From an uncultured Acidimicrobiia bacterium (GTDB lineage: Bacteria; Actinomycetota; Acidimicrobiia; Spongiisociales; UBA5794), in NCBI GenBank assembly GCA_963708235.1, contig OY970200.1, forward strand, positions 395,146 through 459,145: a stretch of DNA of 64,000 bases, in the 5' to 3' direction. The translations under genes and the position numbers were made by a program. Positions 9,627 through 19,816 of the stretch are shown piece by piece (the stretch's first letter is position 1; each line of letters starts with the position of its first letter). The notes beneath the pieces were generated by a model. That model saw only the letters and a program-made list of their open reading frames with translations, was not told the origin of the DNA and searched no databases.

Positions 9627-11048
9627 GTGGTACGTTGCCCCATGATCATCACCATGACGACCCGGTCCGCAGCCCGTCGGCTGGTGGTGATGGCGGTGAT
9701 CGCGTCGTTCGTGTTTGCCGTCGTACCGGCGGCGTCGGCCACCGCCACCTCGGTGCCGGCACCGTCGTGTCGTGACCACGACCCGTTCACCGCCGGGCTG
9801 TCCCAGCGACTTGCCGCCGATTACCCGAACCGGCGTTTCAGCGCCTCCGTGTACGACCAGCGCACCGGATGTCACTATCACCTCAACCGGTCGACCCGGA
9901 TCACCACCGCCTCGGTGTTCAAGATCGAGGTGATGGCAGGGGTGCTGCGTCGAGCACAGCTCGAGGGGCGCAAGGTCACCGCATCGGAATGGGACCAGAT
10001 GGTCCCGATGATCACGCAGAGCGCCAACCCGCCCACCAGCTCGCTCTACCTGTCGCTGGGCGGGATGAACGGGTTCGACCCCATCCACCGCGCCTTCGGA
10101 CTCACCGAGACCTCGCTCCCCCCGCCCAAGTGGGGGGCTACGGTGACCTCTGCCGCCGATCAGGTGAAGCTGATCCGTCAGGTGCTCCTCGGGGAGTTCG
10201 GGCCGCTCACCGCAGACAGCCGGGCGCTGGCATGGAAGCTGATGACCTCGGTGGTGCCGTCACAGCAGTGGGGGATCTCCGCCGGTCTCCCCAACCGTTG
10301 GCGGTTCGCCCTCAAGAACGGGTTCTACCCGCTCGGTGGCGGCGGGTGGCGGATCAACACCGCCGGATTCGTCGAGGATCTCGCCGGAGCCGGTTACGCC
10401 GTGGTGATCCTGTCGGACGGATGGCCCACCGAGGCGGCCGGGATCCGAGCGGTCGAGACCATCGCCACCGAGATCAACACCGTGCTGGCGCCACTCAGCG
10501 CCCCACCCGGGATCCCCTATGTCGACGTCGCCGCCGACGACTGGTTCTACGAGTCGGTGGTCTGGGCCCACGAGTCCGGGGTGACCAAGGGCGCCTCGGC
10601 GATCACCTTCGACCCGCTGTCATCGCTGACCCGCGGCCAGATGGCGGCGTTCCTGGTGCGTGCCTTTGCCCTCCCCAAGATCTCCGGACCGAAACGGTTC
10701 ACCGACACCACCGGGTCGATCTTCGCCGACGACATCGAACGTCTCGGCGCCGCCGGGATCACCCGGGGCTGTAACCCGCCCGCCAACACGCACTACTGCC
10801 CCGACCGCACCATCACCCGCGGGGAGATCGCCGCCATGGTGGCCCGCGCCCTCGATCTCCCGAGGCCACCCCCCGGCGACCGCTTCACCGACGACAACTC
10901 CTCGGTGTTCGAATCCGACCTGGAACGCATGGCCGGCGCCGGTCTGCTCATCGGCTGCAACCCGCCCGCCAACACCCGGGTGTGCCCCACCACAAATGTC
11001 ACCCGCGCCCAGATCGTGGTGATCCTGCACCGAGCATCGATGGATTGA
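9627..11048 (+). CDS. Secreted beta-lactamase-family (class A-like) serine hydrolase with three C-terminal SLH-like repeats
   Basis: Signal peptide MTTRSAARRLVVMAVIASFVFAVVPAASA (possible Tat RR). S-x-x-K motif in ASVFKIEVMAG. Three C-terminal repeats ending ITRGQ/ITRGE/VTRAQ, typical of S-layer-homology domains. Alternative starts at 9642 and 9654. Confidence 0.6.
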   Translation: MVRCPMIITMTTRSAARRLVVMAVIASFVFAVVPAASATATSVPAPSCRDHDPFTAGLSQRLAADYPNRRFSASVYDQRTGCHYHLNRSTRITTASVFKIEVMAGVLRRAQLEGRKVTASEWDQMVPMITQSANPPTSSLYLSLGGMNGFDPIHRAFGLTETSLPPPKWGATVTSAADQVKLIRQVLLGEFGPLTADSRALAWKLMTSVVPSQQWGISAGLPNRWRFALKNGFYPLGGGGWRINTAGFVEDLAGAGYAVVILSDGWPTEAAGIRAVETIATEINTVLAPLSAPPGIPYVDVAADDWFYESVVWAHESGVTKGASAITFDPLSSLTRGQMAAFLVRAFALPKISGPKRFTDTTGSIFADDIERLGAAGITRGCNPPANTHYCPDRTITRGEIAAMVARALDLPRPPPGDRFTDDNSSVFESDLERMAGAGLLIGCNPPANTRVCPTTNVTRAQIVVILHRASMD

Positions 11049-11061
11049 CCGCAATCAGGGT

Positions 11062-12007
11062 TCAGATCGTCAGGTACCAGGTGCAGATGTAGCGGGTGGC
11101 GGTTGAGTTGAGGCCGGTGGCCCCGTTGTCCATCCGGGTCTTCCCGCGGTCGGTGTTGTGGAAGTCGTCGCTCGCCTTTCCCCACAGGTCGTTGAGGCGG
11201 GTGGCGATCTGATCGGGGGTGCCGCCGGCGTGGGCGTAGAGCTTGGCCTGTGCCTCTCCGATGGTCGCCGCCGCAAAGGCGCGGCCGGTTCGCTGAGCTT
11301 CGGTGAGCTTGGCGTCCCAGGGACGGAGGACCTCGGCACTGATCCGGTCGATGTCGGCGGCGTGGACCTTCTCGTGTTTCTCGACCTGGGCGGAGAGGGT
11401 TGCGTGGTTCGGGACCCCGGTCACGCCGAGTTCGATCTCGGTGGCCCCACCGAGTCGAGCCTCCTCCTCGAAGTTGAGGAACCCGTAGGTCTTGAGCGCC
11501 ACCGGGCTCGTCGTGGTGACCCAAGGCCCCGGTTGCGGGAGACTCATCCGCCACCCAGACATGATTGGTGGCAACGGCGGTGACCACCGCCTCTGCTCCC
11601 TCCCCGGTGACCCGGGTGGCGATGGTCGGTGGCGAGAGGGCGGCGCGGGCATCGCCCGCACTGGTGGATTCGTTGCTGAGCACGGCGTTGTTCAGCCACG
11701 GGGGAGTGAATCCGAGACTGAAGTCGCCTCCTGCCTGGGCGACCGCCAGATCTTTGGTCCGGGTGGTGCCGTACTGGGCCAGGACCGCACGCTGCACGGT
11801 CAACGGCCCGATCGTGGGGGACGACGTGCGGGCCAACATGCGGGACACCGTGCGATTCCCCGCCCCGTACAGGGCACCGATCAGCGACCTCGCCTCCATC
11901 TCCGGCGGTCCGGTCGATGGTGCCGGGTGGCCCGCTCGGACCGGTGGGGTCGATCGCGGTCCGGTCCGCAGGGTCCTGCCAGTGGAGAGCCGATCAGCCG
12001 TGCCCAT
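11062..12007 (-). pseudogene. Hypothetical protein interrupted by a frameshift (or sequencing error)
   Basis: Protein-like translation in the frame of ORF 10793..12007 from ~12007 down to ~11540 (..AVVTAVATNHVWVADESP). It then degenerates into Arg/Pro-rich junk. A protein-like sequence resumes in the frame of ORF 11062..11661 (MSLPQPGPWVTTTSPVALKTYGFLNFEEEARLGG...RYICTWYLTI). The frame switch is near 11510-11560. Confidence 0.4.
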
Positions 12008-12209
12008 GTGTCCAGCCTATGGCAGGTTCCCCGGGGTTGGTAGATGCGTGGTTGGTTGCGCACCAAGGGCTGTACGAGAGGGCGCACGGAGGGGCATCGG
12101 TGCCGGTCAGCCCTGGGCCGGGCGATCCTCGTCGTCGCAGCGGTGTGCCCCGCCGTCCCCCGCCGGTGGGTGCCGTTTCGCAAGGTGCCGGGCCGGGTAG
12201 CCAGGAGCG

Positions 12210-12995
12210 ATGAATTTCGCCACCTGGAACATCGACGCCGATCAGCGCGTCCTCGCCACCGCCGTACATGCCGGCCACGAACTCCGCCCGGAGATCGCCG
12301 GCGCCATGATCCTCGACGCCGGTCATCGCCTCCGCGAGGAGGACCCGTTTACCGACGAGTTGGCCGCCGCCGTCGGTTCGTGGGTCGCCGTCGAGCGATC
12401 CCGCTTCGAAGTCGACCTCAACCGGCCGGTGGATACCGCGGTGTACCGCACCCCCGACGAGTGCTGGGGGATCGACGTGTGGTCGGGCTCCGCCCTCGCC
12501 GATCCGCTGGTCGAGCGGTCGCGGTGGCTGCACGACCGGTTCTACTCCGACCTCGCCGTCGTCCTCGACGAACTGGTGGCGCGCCACGGCGGGTTCGTGC
12601 TCTACGACGTGCACTCATACAACCACCGGCGCCACGGTCCGGGGGCGCCTCCCGAATCGCCAGCCGACAACCCGACCGTCAACCTCGGCACCGGATCGCT
12701 TCCCGACCGCTGGACCCCCGTCGCCGATGCCTTCGTGGAATCCCTCAGGGACCACGAGGTGGAGGGGGAACCGCTCGATGTGCGGCGCAACGTCAAGTTC
12801 GAGGGCCGCCACGTCGCCGCATTCGTCCACGAGCGCTACGGAGATGTCGGATGTGCGCTGGCCATCGAGTTCAAGAAGATCTTCATGGATGAATGGACCG
12901 GCGTGGTGGACAAGCCGGTGCTCGATACCCTCGGCGAGGCGCTCCGGGGCACGATCGGACCGGTCGAAGCGGCCTGGAGCACGGCATGGCGGTGA
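12210..12995 (+). CDS. N-formylglutamate amidohydrolase (FGase) family protein
   Basis: 261 aa. Overall similarity to the FGase fold family (..VLYDVHSYNHRRH..). First gene of a 3-gene operon with overlapping start/stops. Confidence 0.5.
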   Translation: MNFATWNIDADQRVLATAVHAGHELRPEIAGAMILDAGHRLREEDPFTDELAAAVGSWVAVERSRFEVDLNRPVDTAVYRTPDECWGIDVWSGSALADPLVERSRWLHDRFYSDLAVVLDELVARHGGFVLYDVHSYNHRRHGPGAPPESPADNPTVNLGTGSLPDRWTPVADAFVESLRDHEVEGEPLDVRRNVKFEGRHVAAFVHERYGDVGCALAIEFKKIFMDEWTGVVDKPVLDTLGEALRGTIGPVEAAWSTAWR

Positions 12996-14134
12996 CGGAG
13001 GCGGACCTCGCCGTCGACCACGAGCTGGCCGAGATCAGCGGGCTGCTCCCGTATCTGACCTATGTCACCCCGGTCAATGCCACCGAGGCGCGCCGCCGTT
13101 TCGACGAGGACGGGGCCGAACCTGAATTCGTCTACCGGGACCTCCCCGACCTCTCAGCCATCGAGGCCCGCCTCGCCACCGTGGAACCCGACCGCGCCGA
13201 CGACCCCACCGTCGGTCACATGGCCCGCGCCCTCAAGCGCGAGCTCGAGCTGCGGCTCGACCTGATCGGCTCGCGCGGATCCCCCCGCTTCTTTCTCGCC
13301 TCGGTCGAGATGTTCGGGCATGTGGACGGATCCCTGGCGGAGCTGGCCCACCGCATCCTCTCCTCGCCGTTCCACGATTCTCAGGGACCGGCCATCGGCG
13401 CAGAACGGCTCGCCCGGCTCGCCCGGGAGGAGATCGCCATCTACGGGCGTGCCTTCCCCGAGATCGCCTCCCGGACGGAGGTCCGCGACGACATCGCCGG
13501 AATCAGAGTGGAGAACGGCGACGTGCTCATCGGATCCGACGTCCAGGTGGTCGCCGAACATGTCCGGCAACTCCTCCATCACGAGGTCGGCGTCCACGTC
13601 CTCACCTACGTCAACGGCTCGGCCCAGCCCCTCCGGATGCTGGCCGCCGGGCTCGCCGGCTACGACGAGAACCAGGAGGCCCTGGGAGTGCTCGCCGAGC
13701 ACCTCTCCGGTGGTCTCCGCCCCGGACGGCTGCGCACCCTCGCCCAGCGGGTGGTGGCCGCCCAGATGCGCAGTGACGGGGCCGGTTTCGTCGACACCCA
13801 CCGACGGATGGTCGAACTCGGCGCCACCCCAGCCGGGGCCTTCGCCACCGCCATGCGGGCCCATCGCTCCGGCGGTATGACCAAAGATGCGGTCTACCTG
13901 CGCGGGCTGGTGCGGCTCTGCGACCATCTCGCCGCCGACGGTGAACTCGACACGTTGTTCGTGGGGAAGATCGCCCTCGAAGACGAACCGCTCATCGGCG
14001 AGCTCGCCGAACGCGGCGTGCTCGTCGACCCGCCATTGCGGCCCCGTTTCCTGGACAGTCCCGCAACCAAACGCCGTCTGGACGAGATCCGGGACGGCGC
14101 AGAAATCGAAGCTTTCGGAAGGATCGCCGCATGA
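12986..14134 (+). CDS. DUF1704 / flavohemoglobin expression-modulating QEGLA-motif family protein (putative zinc carboxypeptidase-like)
   Basis: Start ATG 12986 (MAVTEADL..) overlaps the upstream stop by 10 nt. HHEVGVH metal-site-like motif and DENQEALGV, a QEGLA-like motif. Confidence 0.5.
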   Translation: MAVTEADLAVDHELAEISGLLPYLTYVTPVNATEARRRFDEDGAEPEFVYRDLPDLSAIEARLATVEPDRADDPTVGHMARALKRELELRLDLIGSRGSPRFFLASVEMFGHVDGSLAELAHRILSSPFHDSQGPAIGAERLARLAREEIAIYGRAFPEIASRTEVRDDIAGIRVENGDVLIGSDVQVVAEHVRQLLHHEVGVHVLTYVNGSAQPLRMLAAGLAGYDENQEALGVLAEHLSGGLRPGRLRTLAQRVVAAQMRSDGAGFVDTHRRMVELGATPAGAFATAMRAHRSGGMTKDAVYLRGLVRLCDHLAADGELDTLFVGKIALEDEPLIGELAERGVLVDPPLRPRFLDSPATKRRLDEIRDGAEIEAFGRIAA

Positions 14135-15180
14135 AAATCGGATTTGTCGTCAACGACATCGCCACAGAACACCCGCAGTACACCACCACCCGGCTCGCCA
14201 TGACCGCCCACCGGCGCGGCCACGAAATCTCGCTACTGGGTGTCGGGGATCTCGCCCACGACCCGGCCGCTGCGGTGTCCGGTCGGGCCCGCGGTCCGGT
14301 CGAGGACAAGGCCTACCGGTCTCCGGCGAGCTTCCTCGACGATATCCAGAGCGAGGCGGGATGGTCCCAGCGGATCGACGTCACCGCACTCGACGTGCTC
14401 ATGCTGCGCAACGACCCCTCCGACGATGCCGTGGAGCGCCCCTGGGCGCAGTCCTCCGGCGCCCTGTTCGGTCAGCTCGCCGCTGCAGCCGGCGTCATCG
14501 TCGTCAACGACCCGGGCCACCTCGCCGACGCCGTCAACAAGACCTACTTCCAGCACTTCCCCGAGGCGGTGCGGCCCAAGACGCTGATCTCGCGCGATGC
14601 GGACGACATCAAGTCGTTCGTGGACGGGCTGGGCGGCGAGGCCGTCCTCAAACCCCTGCAGGGGTCGGGTGGGCAGGGGGTGTTCGTGGTGCGCGGCGAA
14701 GGCCGCCAGAACGTCAACCAGATCATCGAGTCCATCACCCGGGATGGCTTCGTCGTGGCCCAGGAATACCTCGAGGAGGCCGCCGATGGGGACGTTCGCC
14801 TGTTCCTTATCAATGGCCGCCCGCTCGCCGTCGATGGCGTCCACGCCGCATTCCGCCGGGTCAACAAGACCGGAGACCCGAGGTCCAACATGCACAGCGG
14901 CGGGATTGCCGAGGCGTGCAAGGTCACCGATGACATGCTCCGGCTCGCCGAGCTGGTCCGACCCAAGCTCGTCTCGGACGGGATGTTCCTGGTGGGGATG
15001 GACATCGTCGGTTCCAAACTCATGGAGATCAACGTGTTCAGTCCCGGTGGGATTCACAGCGCAGGCGAGCTGCAGGGCGTCGACTTCGCCGCACCGGTGA
15101 TCGACGCCCTGGAGCGCAAGGTCGCCATCCGCGCCAGCTACGGTCCGACGCTCTCCAACGTGGCGATCAACACCCTGTGA
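14131..15180 (+). CDS. ATP-grasp ligase of the glutathione synthetase/RimK family
   Basis: ATGA overlap with the upstream gene. ATP-grasp signatures (..GGEAVLKPLQGSGGQGVFVV.., ..MDIVGSKLMEINVFSPGG..). Confidence 0.6.
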   Translation: MKIGFVVNDIATEHPQYTTTRLAMTAHRRGHEISLLGVGDLAHDPAAAVSGRARGPVEDKAYRSPASFLDDIQSEAGWSQRIDVTALDVLMLRNDPSDDAVERPWAQSSGALFGQLAAAAGVIVVNDPGHLADAVNKTYFQHFPEAVRPKTLISRDADDIKSFVDGLGGEAVLKPLQGSGGQGVFVVRGEGRQNVNQIIESITRDGFVVAQEYLEEAADGDVRLFLINGRPLAVDGVHAAFRRVNKTGDPRSNMHSGGIAEACKVTDDMLRLAELVRPKLVSDGMFLVGMDIVGSKLMEINVFSPGGIHSAGELQGVDFAAPVIDALERKVAIRASYGPTLSNVAINTL

Positions 15181-15208
15181 CCGGCGCCGGGATGTGACGG
15201 GTCGTTCG

Positions 15209-15586
15209 TCAGACGAGACCGAGCGCCGCCTTGGTTGCGGCGACGTCGTTGGTGCCCAGGATCATCTCGCCTTCGGCGCCGAAGTACACGATGTAGGCGG
15301 TGAGACCGGCTTCGGCGACGGTGCGGGCCACGGTGACGGCACCACCGGGGGTGCCCGGGGGGACGACGATGCAGTCGCGTTCGTCGGCGACGGTCCCTCC
15401 GTGGTCCGCCACGATGAGCCGGACGGTGGCGACGTCGTCCTCTTCGACGGCGATGTGCGCCACCCGGCCCTCGAGCCGGGGGAACAGGCAGGCGCCGGCG
15501 ATGCGGACCCCCTGTTCCACAAGGCCGGCCAGCATCTGGGCGGGGCGCCCCTGGGTGGTGTCCATCAATATGGTGAGATCCTTCAC
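15209..15586 (-). CDS. Small ACT-domain-like protein
   Basis: GTG start at 15586 overlaps the iolB stop (GTGA). AGGAGAA SD 6 nt upstream. ~125 aa with a beta-alpha-beta-like pattern. Confidence 0.35.
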   Translation of the reverse strand: MKDLTILMDTTQGRPAQMLAGLVEQGVRIAGACLFPRLEGRVAHIAVEEDDVATVRLIVADHGGTVADERDCIVVPPGTPGGAVTVARTVAEAGLTAYIVYFGAEGEMILGTNDVAATKAALGLV

Positions 15587-16464
15587 GGCTTCTCCTCTCG
15601 GTACATCGGCAGCCGGGGGTCGGGAGACGCCGTTTCCCAGGTGCCGAGTTGCCATTCGTGTTCGGGATCGGTGCAGATGAGCCAGCGTCGCTCCGGGTCG
15701 GGTCCGGCCATCACGTTGAGGTAGTAGAGGTCGTAGCCGGGGGCCGCCACGCAGGGGCCGTGGTAGCCGCGTGGGATGAGGAACACGTCATCGGACCGCA
15801 CCGTCACGGTCTCGTCGATGTCTCCCGCCGGGTCACCCGTGGTGTAGGTGCGGTGCAGCCCGAAGCCGTGCTCCCCGCGCACCTGGAAGAAATAGACCTC
15901 CTCCAGCGGGACTTCGGTCTCCGTCCATTCGTCATGCTTGTGGGGCGGGTACGAGGACCAGTTACCCCCCGGGGTCAGCACCTCGACCACGATCAGCCGC
16001 TGCGGGCCTTCGACATCGGCCGACAGCAGACCGTTGATCTGGCGGGTCGCCTGTCCGGCACCGCGCACCTCGACGGCCACCTCGCCAGCCGGGTGGTAGC
16101 GGGGTCGGCGCACGTCGTCAGCCCTTGCCGTGGCCAGGGCGAACCGTCCACCGCGCACCGAGGTGACGACCGTCTCGGCACGGGCGGCGTCGGATGCGAC
16201 CGGGAGGTAGCAGAGGTCGGTGGTGGCCTCGAACACCGACGACCGGCCTTCGAGCGTGAAACCGAACCCGTCGCCTTCCACGGTGCACCCCCCGCGGAGC
16301 GGGATCACGGCGGTCTCGACACCGGTGCGGGACAGCGTGCAGGTACCTCCGGGCTCCAGATCCACCACCCGCAGCCCGCTGTACGCCCAGCCGGCGGTGT
16401 CGGGCGTCAGGTGGACCCGATCGGTCTCCGTCGCCAGGCTCCCCGCCGGGCGCAACCAGCTCAC
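15583..16464 (-). CDS. iolB: 5-deoxy-glucuronate isomerase
   Basis: WSSYPPHKHDE..EEVYFFQ and YYLNVMAGP match the B. subtilis IolB signature regions. GTG start at 16464 (VSWLRP), 28 nt after the upstream stop. Confidence 0.8.
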   Translation of the reverse strand: MSWLRPAGSLATETDRVHLTPDTAGWAYSGLRVVDLEPGGTCTLSRTGVETAVIPLRGGCTVEGDGFGFTLEGRSSVFEATTDLCYLPVASDAARAETVVTSVRGGRFALATARADDVRRPRYHPAGEVAVEVRGAGQATRQINGLLSADVEGPQRLIVVEVLTPGGNWSSYPPHKHDEWTETEVPLEEVYFFQVRGEHGFGLHRTYTTGDPAGDIDETVTVRSDDVFLIPRGYHGPCVAAPGYDLYYLNVMAGPDPERRWLICTDPEHEWQLGTWETASPDPRLPMYREEKP

Positions 16465-16492
16465 GGGGGCACCGTCGTCGACACCGCCGCAA

Positions 16493-17392
16493 TCACCACG
16501 GGCCCCCGTGGACGATCTCGACGGCGGTGTCGACCCAGCGCTCGACGTCGTCGTCGGCGGGGAAGAGCAGGCTGCGCCCGGCCACCAGCCCACGAACGTT
16601 GGGGATCGCCATCGCCCGCCGCCAACGCTCCAGCATCTGGTCGGCGTCGGGTCCCGGATCGCCCCCGAGCAGCAGGGCGGGGAGCGTGGTGGCGGCCATC
16701 ATCCGCTCCGGGGCCGCCGGCGCCGGCAGCTTGAGCCAGGTCCGGGACGATGTGGCGCCCAGCGCCGAGGCGATGGCGACCGCCTCGACCAACTGGTCCA
16801 CATCGGTGGAGATCCGCACCCTGCCCGTTTTGTCGCGGTCAGCCGGCAATGGTTCGACCAGTGCGATCAGCCCCCGTTCCGCCAGATCGGTCACCGCCCG
16901 CGCACAACCCTCCAGGGTGCGGGCGGTTCCCGGGTCGTCGTAGTCGAGGCGGAGCAGCATCTTCCCGCCGTTGAATCCGAGACGGTCGATGGTGGCGGCA
17001 TCGAACCCGGTGAACCCGTCGTCGAGCTCCCAGGTTGCACCGGTGAGCCCGCCACGGTTCATCGACCCGAACACCACCTTGCCGTCGAGCTCGCCGAGCA
17101 ACAGCAGATCGTCGACGATGTCGGGTGTGGCGAGGACGCCGTCGACACCGGGTCGCCGCAGCGCCCGCACCGTGCGTTCCAGTACCAGACGCCGGTTCGC
17201 CATGGCGTGGGGCTGGTCGCCGACGCCGAGAATCCTGCGCCCCGGGTGGTCGATGGCGATGATCACCAGTCGCCCGTCGTGGCCCAACATCGGACGGTGA
17301 CGGCGCAGCGCCGCCAACCGGCCCGGCTCGTCCGGTTCCTCGGCACGCCGCCGCAGCAACTCGGCGTACCGGGCATCGTCGAGAATGGTCAC
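16493..17392 (-). CDS. Putative class I aldolase (DUF2090/DeoC-like), candidate 5-dehydro-2-deoxyphosphogluconate aldolase
   Basis: 299 aa, placed between iolC and iolB as in actinobacterial and rhizobial iol clusters. The start is uncertain: GTG at 17392 or the internal Met at ~17290. Confidence 0.5.
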   Translation of the reverse strand: MTILDDARYAELLRRRAEEPDEPGRLAALRRHRPMLGHDGRLVIIAIDHPGRRILGVGDQPHAMANRRLVLERTVRALRRPGVDGVLATPDIVDDLLLLGELDGKVVFGSMNRGGLTGATWELDDGFTGFDAATIDRLGFNGGKMLLRLDYDDPGTARTLEGCARAVTDLAERGLIALVEPLPADRDKTGRVRISTDVDQLVEAVAIASALGATSSRTWLKLPAPAAPERMMAATTLPALLLGGDPGPDADQMLERWRRAMAIPNVRGLVAGRSLLFPADDDVERWVDTAVEIVHGGPW

Positions 17393-17394
17393 CG

Positions 17395-17943
17395 ATGCCT
17401 CACCTTCTCCGTCCGACGTTCGTCGCCACGGTTGTGGCGGTGCTCACTCTGGCAGCATGTGCCGCCGGCCCGCCATCGCTCGAATTCGCCGACGGTACGC
17501 CCGACGACGTCCGACGACTTGCCGCCGAGACCTTCACCGTGGTGTCGGACGCCTTCCCGGCCCACCACGACTGTCTGGGTGGGGTCACCGTCGCCACCGA
17601 GCGGGAACTCGAAGGGCGCGCCGCATACCTGCCGGAGACGGGCACGGTGGTGCTCCGGATCCCGGCCACCGCCGCCCAGCTTCGCCGGTCGCTCGTCCAC
17701 GAACTCGGGCACCATCTCGAGCACGCCTGCGACGGCCACGTGGCGCTGCGCCCGCGTTTCCTGGAGGCCCGTGGCTTCGTCGACCAGCCCTGGTTCGAGG
17801 GGACGACCTGGGAGGACACCCCGTCCGAGCAGTGGGCGTCGGCGGTGGTGGAGTATGTCCTCGGCGATCGCGACCCCCGGTCCGGTGTCTTTCTGAGCCC
17901 GGACATCCTGGACATGGTCGAAGACTGGGCGACGGACGGGTAG
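17395..17943 (+). CDS. Lipoprotein with an HExxH zinc-metallopeptidase-like motif
   Basis: MPHLLRPTFVATVVAVLTLAACAAG signal peptide plus lipobox. SLVHELGHHLEH. On the opposite strand inside the iol catabolic gene string. Confidence 0.5.
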   Translation: MPHLLRPTFVATVVAVLTLAACAAGPPSLEFADGTPDDVRRLAAETFTVVSDAFPAHHDCLGGVTVATERELEGRAAYLPETGTVVLRIPATAAQLRRSLVHELGHHLEHACDGHVALRPRFLEARGFVDQPWFEGTTWEDTPSEQWASAVVEYVLGDRDPRSGVFLSPDILDMVEDWATDG

Positions 17944-17979
17944 CGATCGCCGGACCGGGAGGAGAGGGCGGGTCGACGG

Positions 17980-18932
17980 TCAGCCACGCCCCATCAGCTC
18001 CCGGACCCGGGGCTCGTCGGGCATCGCATCGGCGCACGCCAGTTGGCCGGCCACATAGGCTCCGGCCGCATTGGCGAAGGTCACGATGTCGGCCCAGTCC
18101 CATCCCTCGAGCAACCCGTGACACACCGCACCACCGAAGGCGTCACCGGCTCCCAGCCCGTTCACCACGTCGACCGGTACCGGGGCGGCCCGCACCTCAC
18201 CGTCGGAGGTGAAGGCGGTCACCCCCTCCGGTCCCTGCTTGACCACCACCACACCGACCCCGAGGTCACCGATCCGCTCCGCCATCTCGGCGGGGGTTCC
18301 CGGTCCGACGGCGACGGCGCACTCTTCGACGTTGCCGATGGCGACATCGACATGCGTCAGCGCCTCCTGCTGCCATCGACCGGCCTCGGTCGGATCCCGC
18401 CAGAACATCGGGCGGTAGTCGAGGTCGTGGATCGTGGTCCCGCTCTCGTTGCCGGTGGTGCCGTGGCGGGTGGAAAGGGCGCTCAGGGTGGCAGTGCGCG
18501 ACGGCTGGTCCGCCAGACCGGTGCCGGTGGTCCACAGGATGCGGGCCGTCGCCACCGCCTCCAGATCGAGTTCCTCGACCCTGAGGTTCATGTCCGGCGC
18601 CTTGGGCTCACGGTAGAACAGCAGCGGGAAGTGGTCCGGGGGGTGCAGCTCGCAGAACACCAGCGGGGTGCGCAGGTCGGGGTCGGTCCCGACAAACCGG
18701 GTGTCCACCCCGAATCCGTCCAGGGCGGAGCGGACGTACTCGCCGAACCCGTCGTCGCCGACCTTGGTGATCAGGGCGCACCGGTGCCCGTAGCGGGCAC
18801 ACGCCACGGCCACGTTGGTGGCCGTCCCCCCGAGGAACTTGGAGAACGACGACACGTCGGCAAGTCTCGCCCCGCTCTGCTGCGGGTACAGGTCGACGCC
18901 GACCCGTCCCATCGCCACCAGATCGAATCGGG

Positions 18933-18936
<4 letters not shown>
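17980..18936 (-). CDS. iolC: 5-dehydro-2-deoxygluconokinase (PfkB family)
   Basis: PfkB ribokinase-like motifs ([10 protein letters not shown].., ..[12 protein letters not shown]). Confidence 0.8.
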
Positions 18937-19811
<875 letters not shown>

Positions 19812-19816
19812 GCCGC

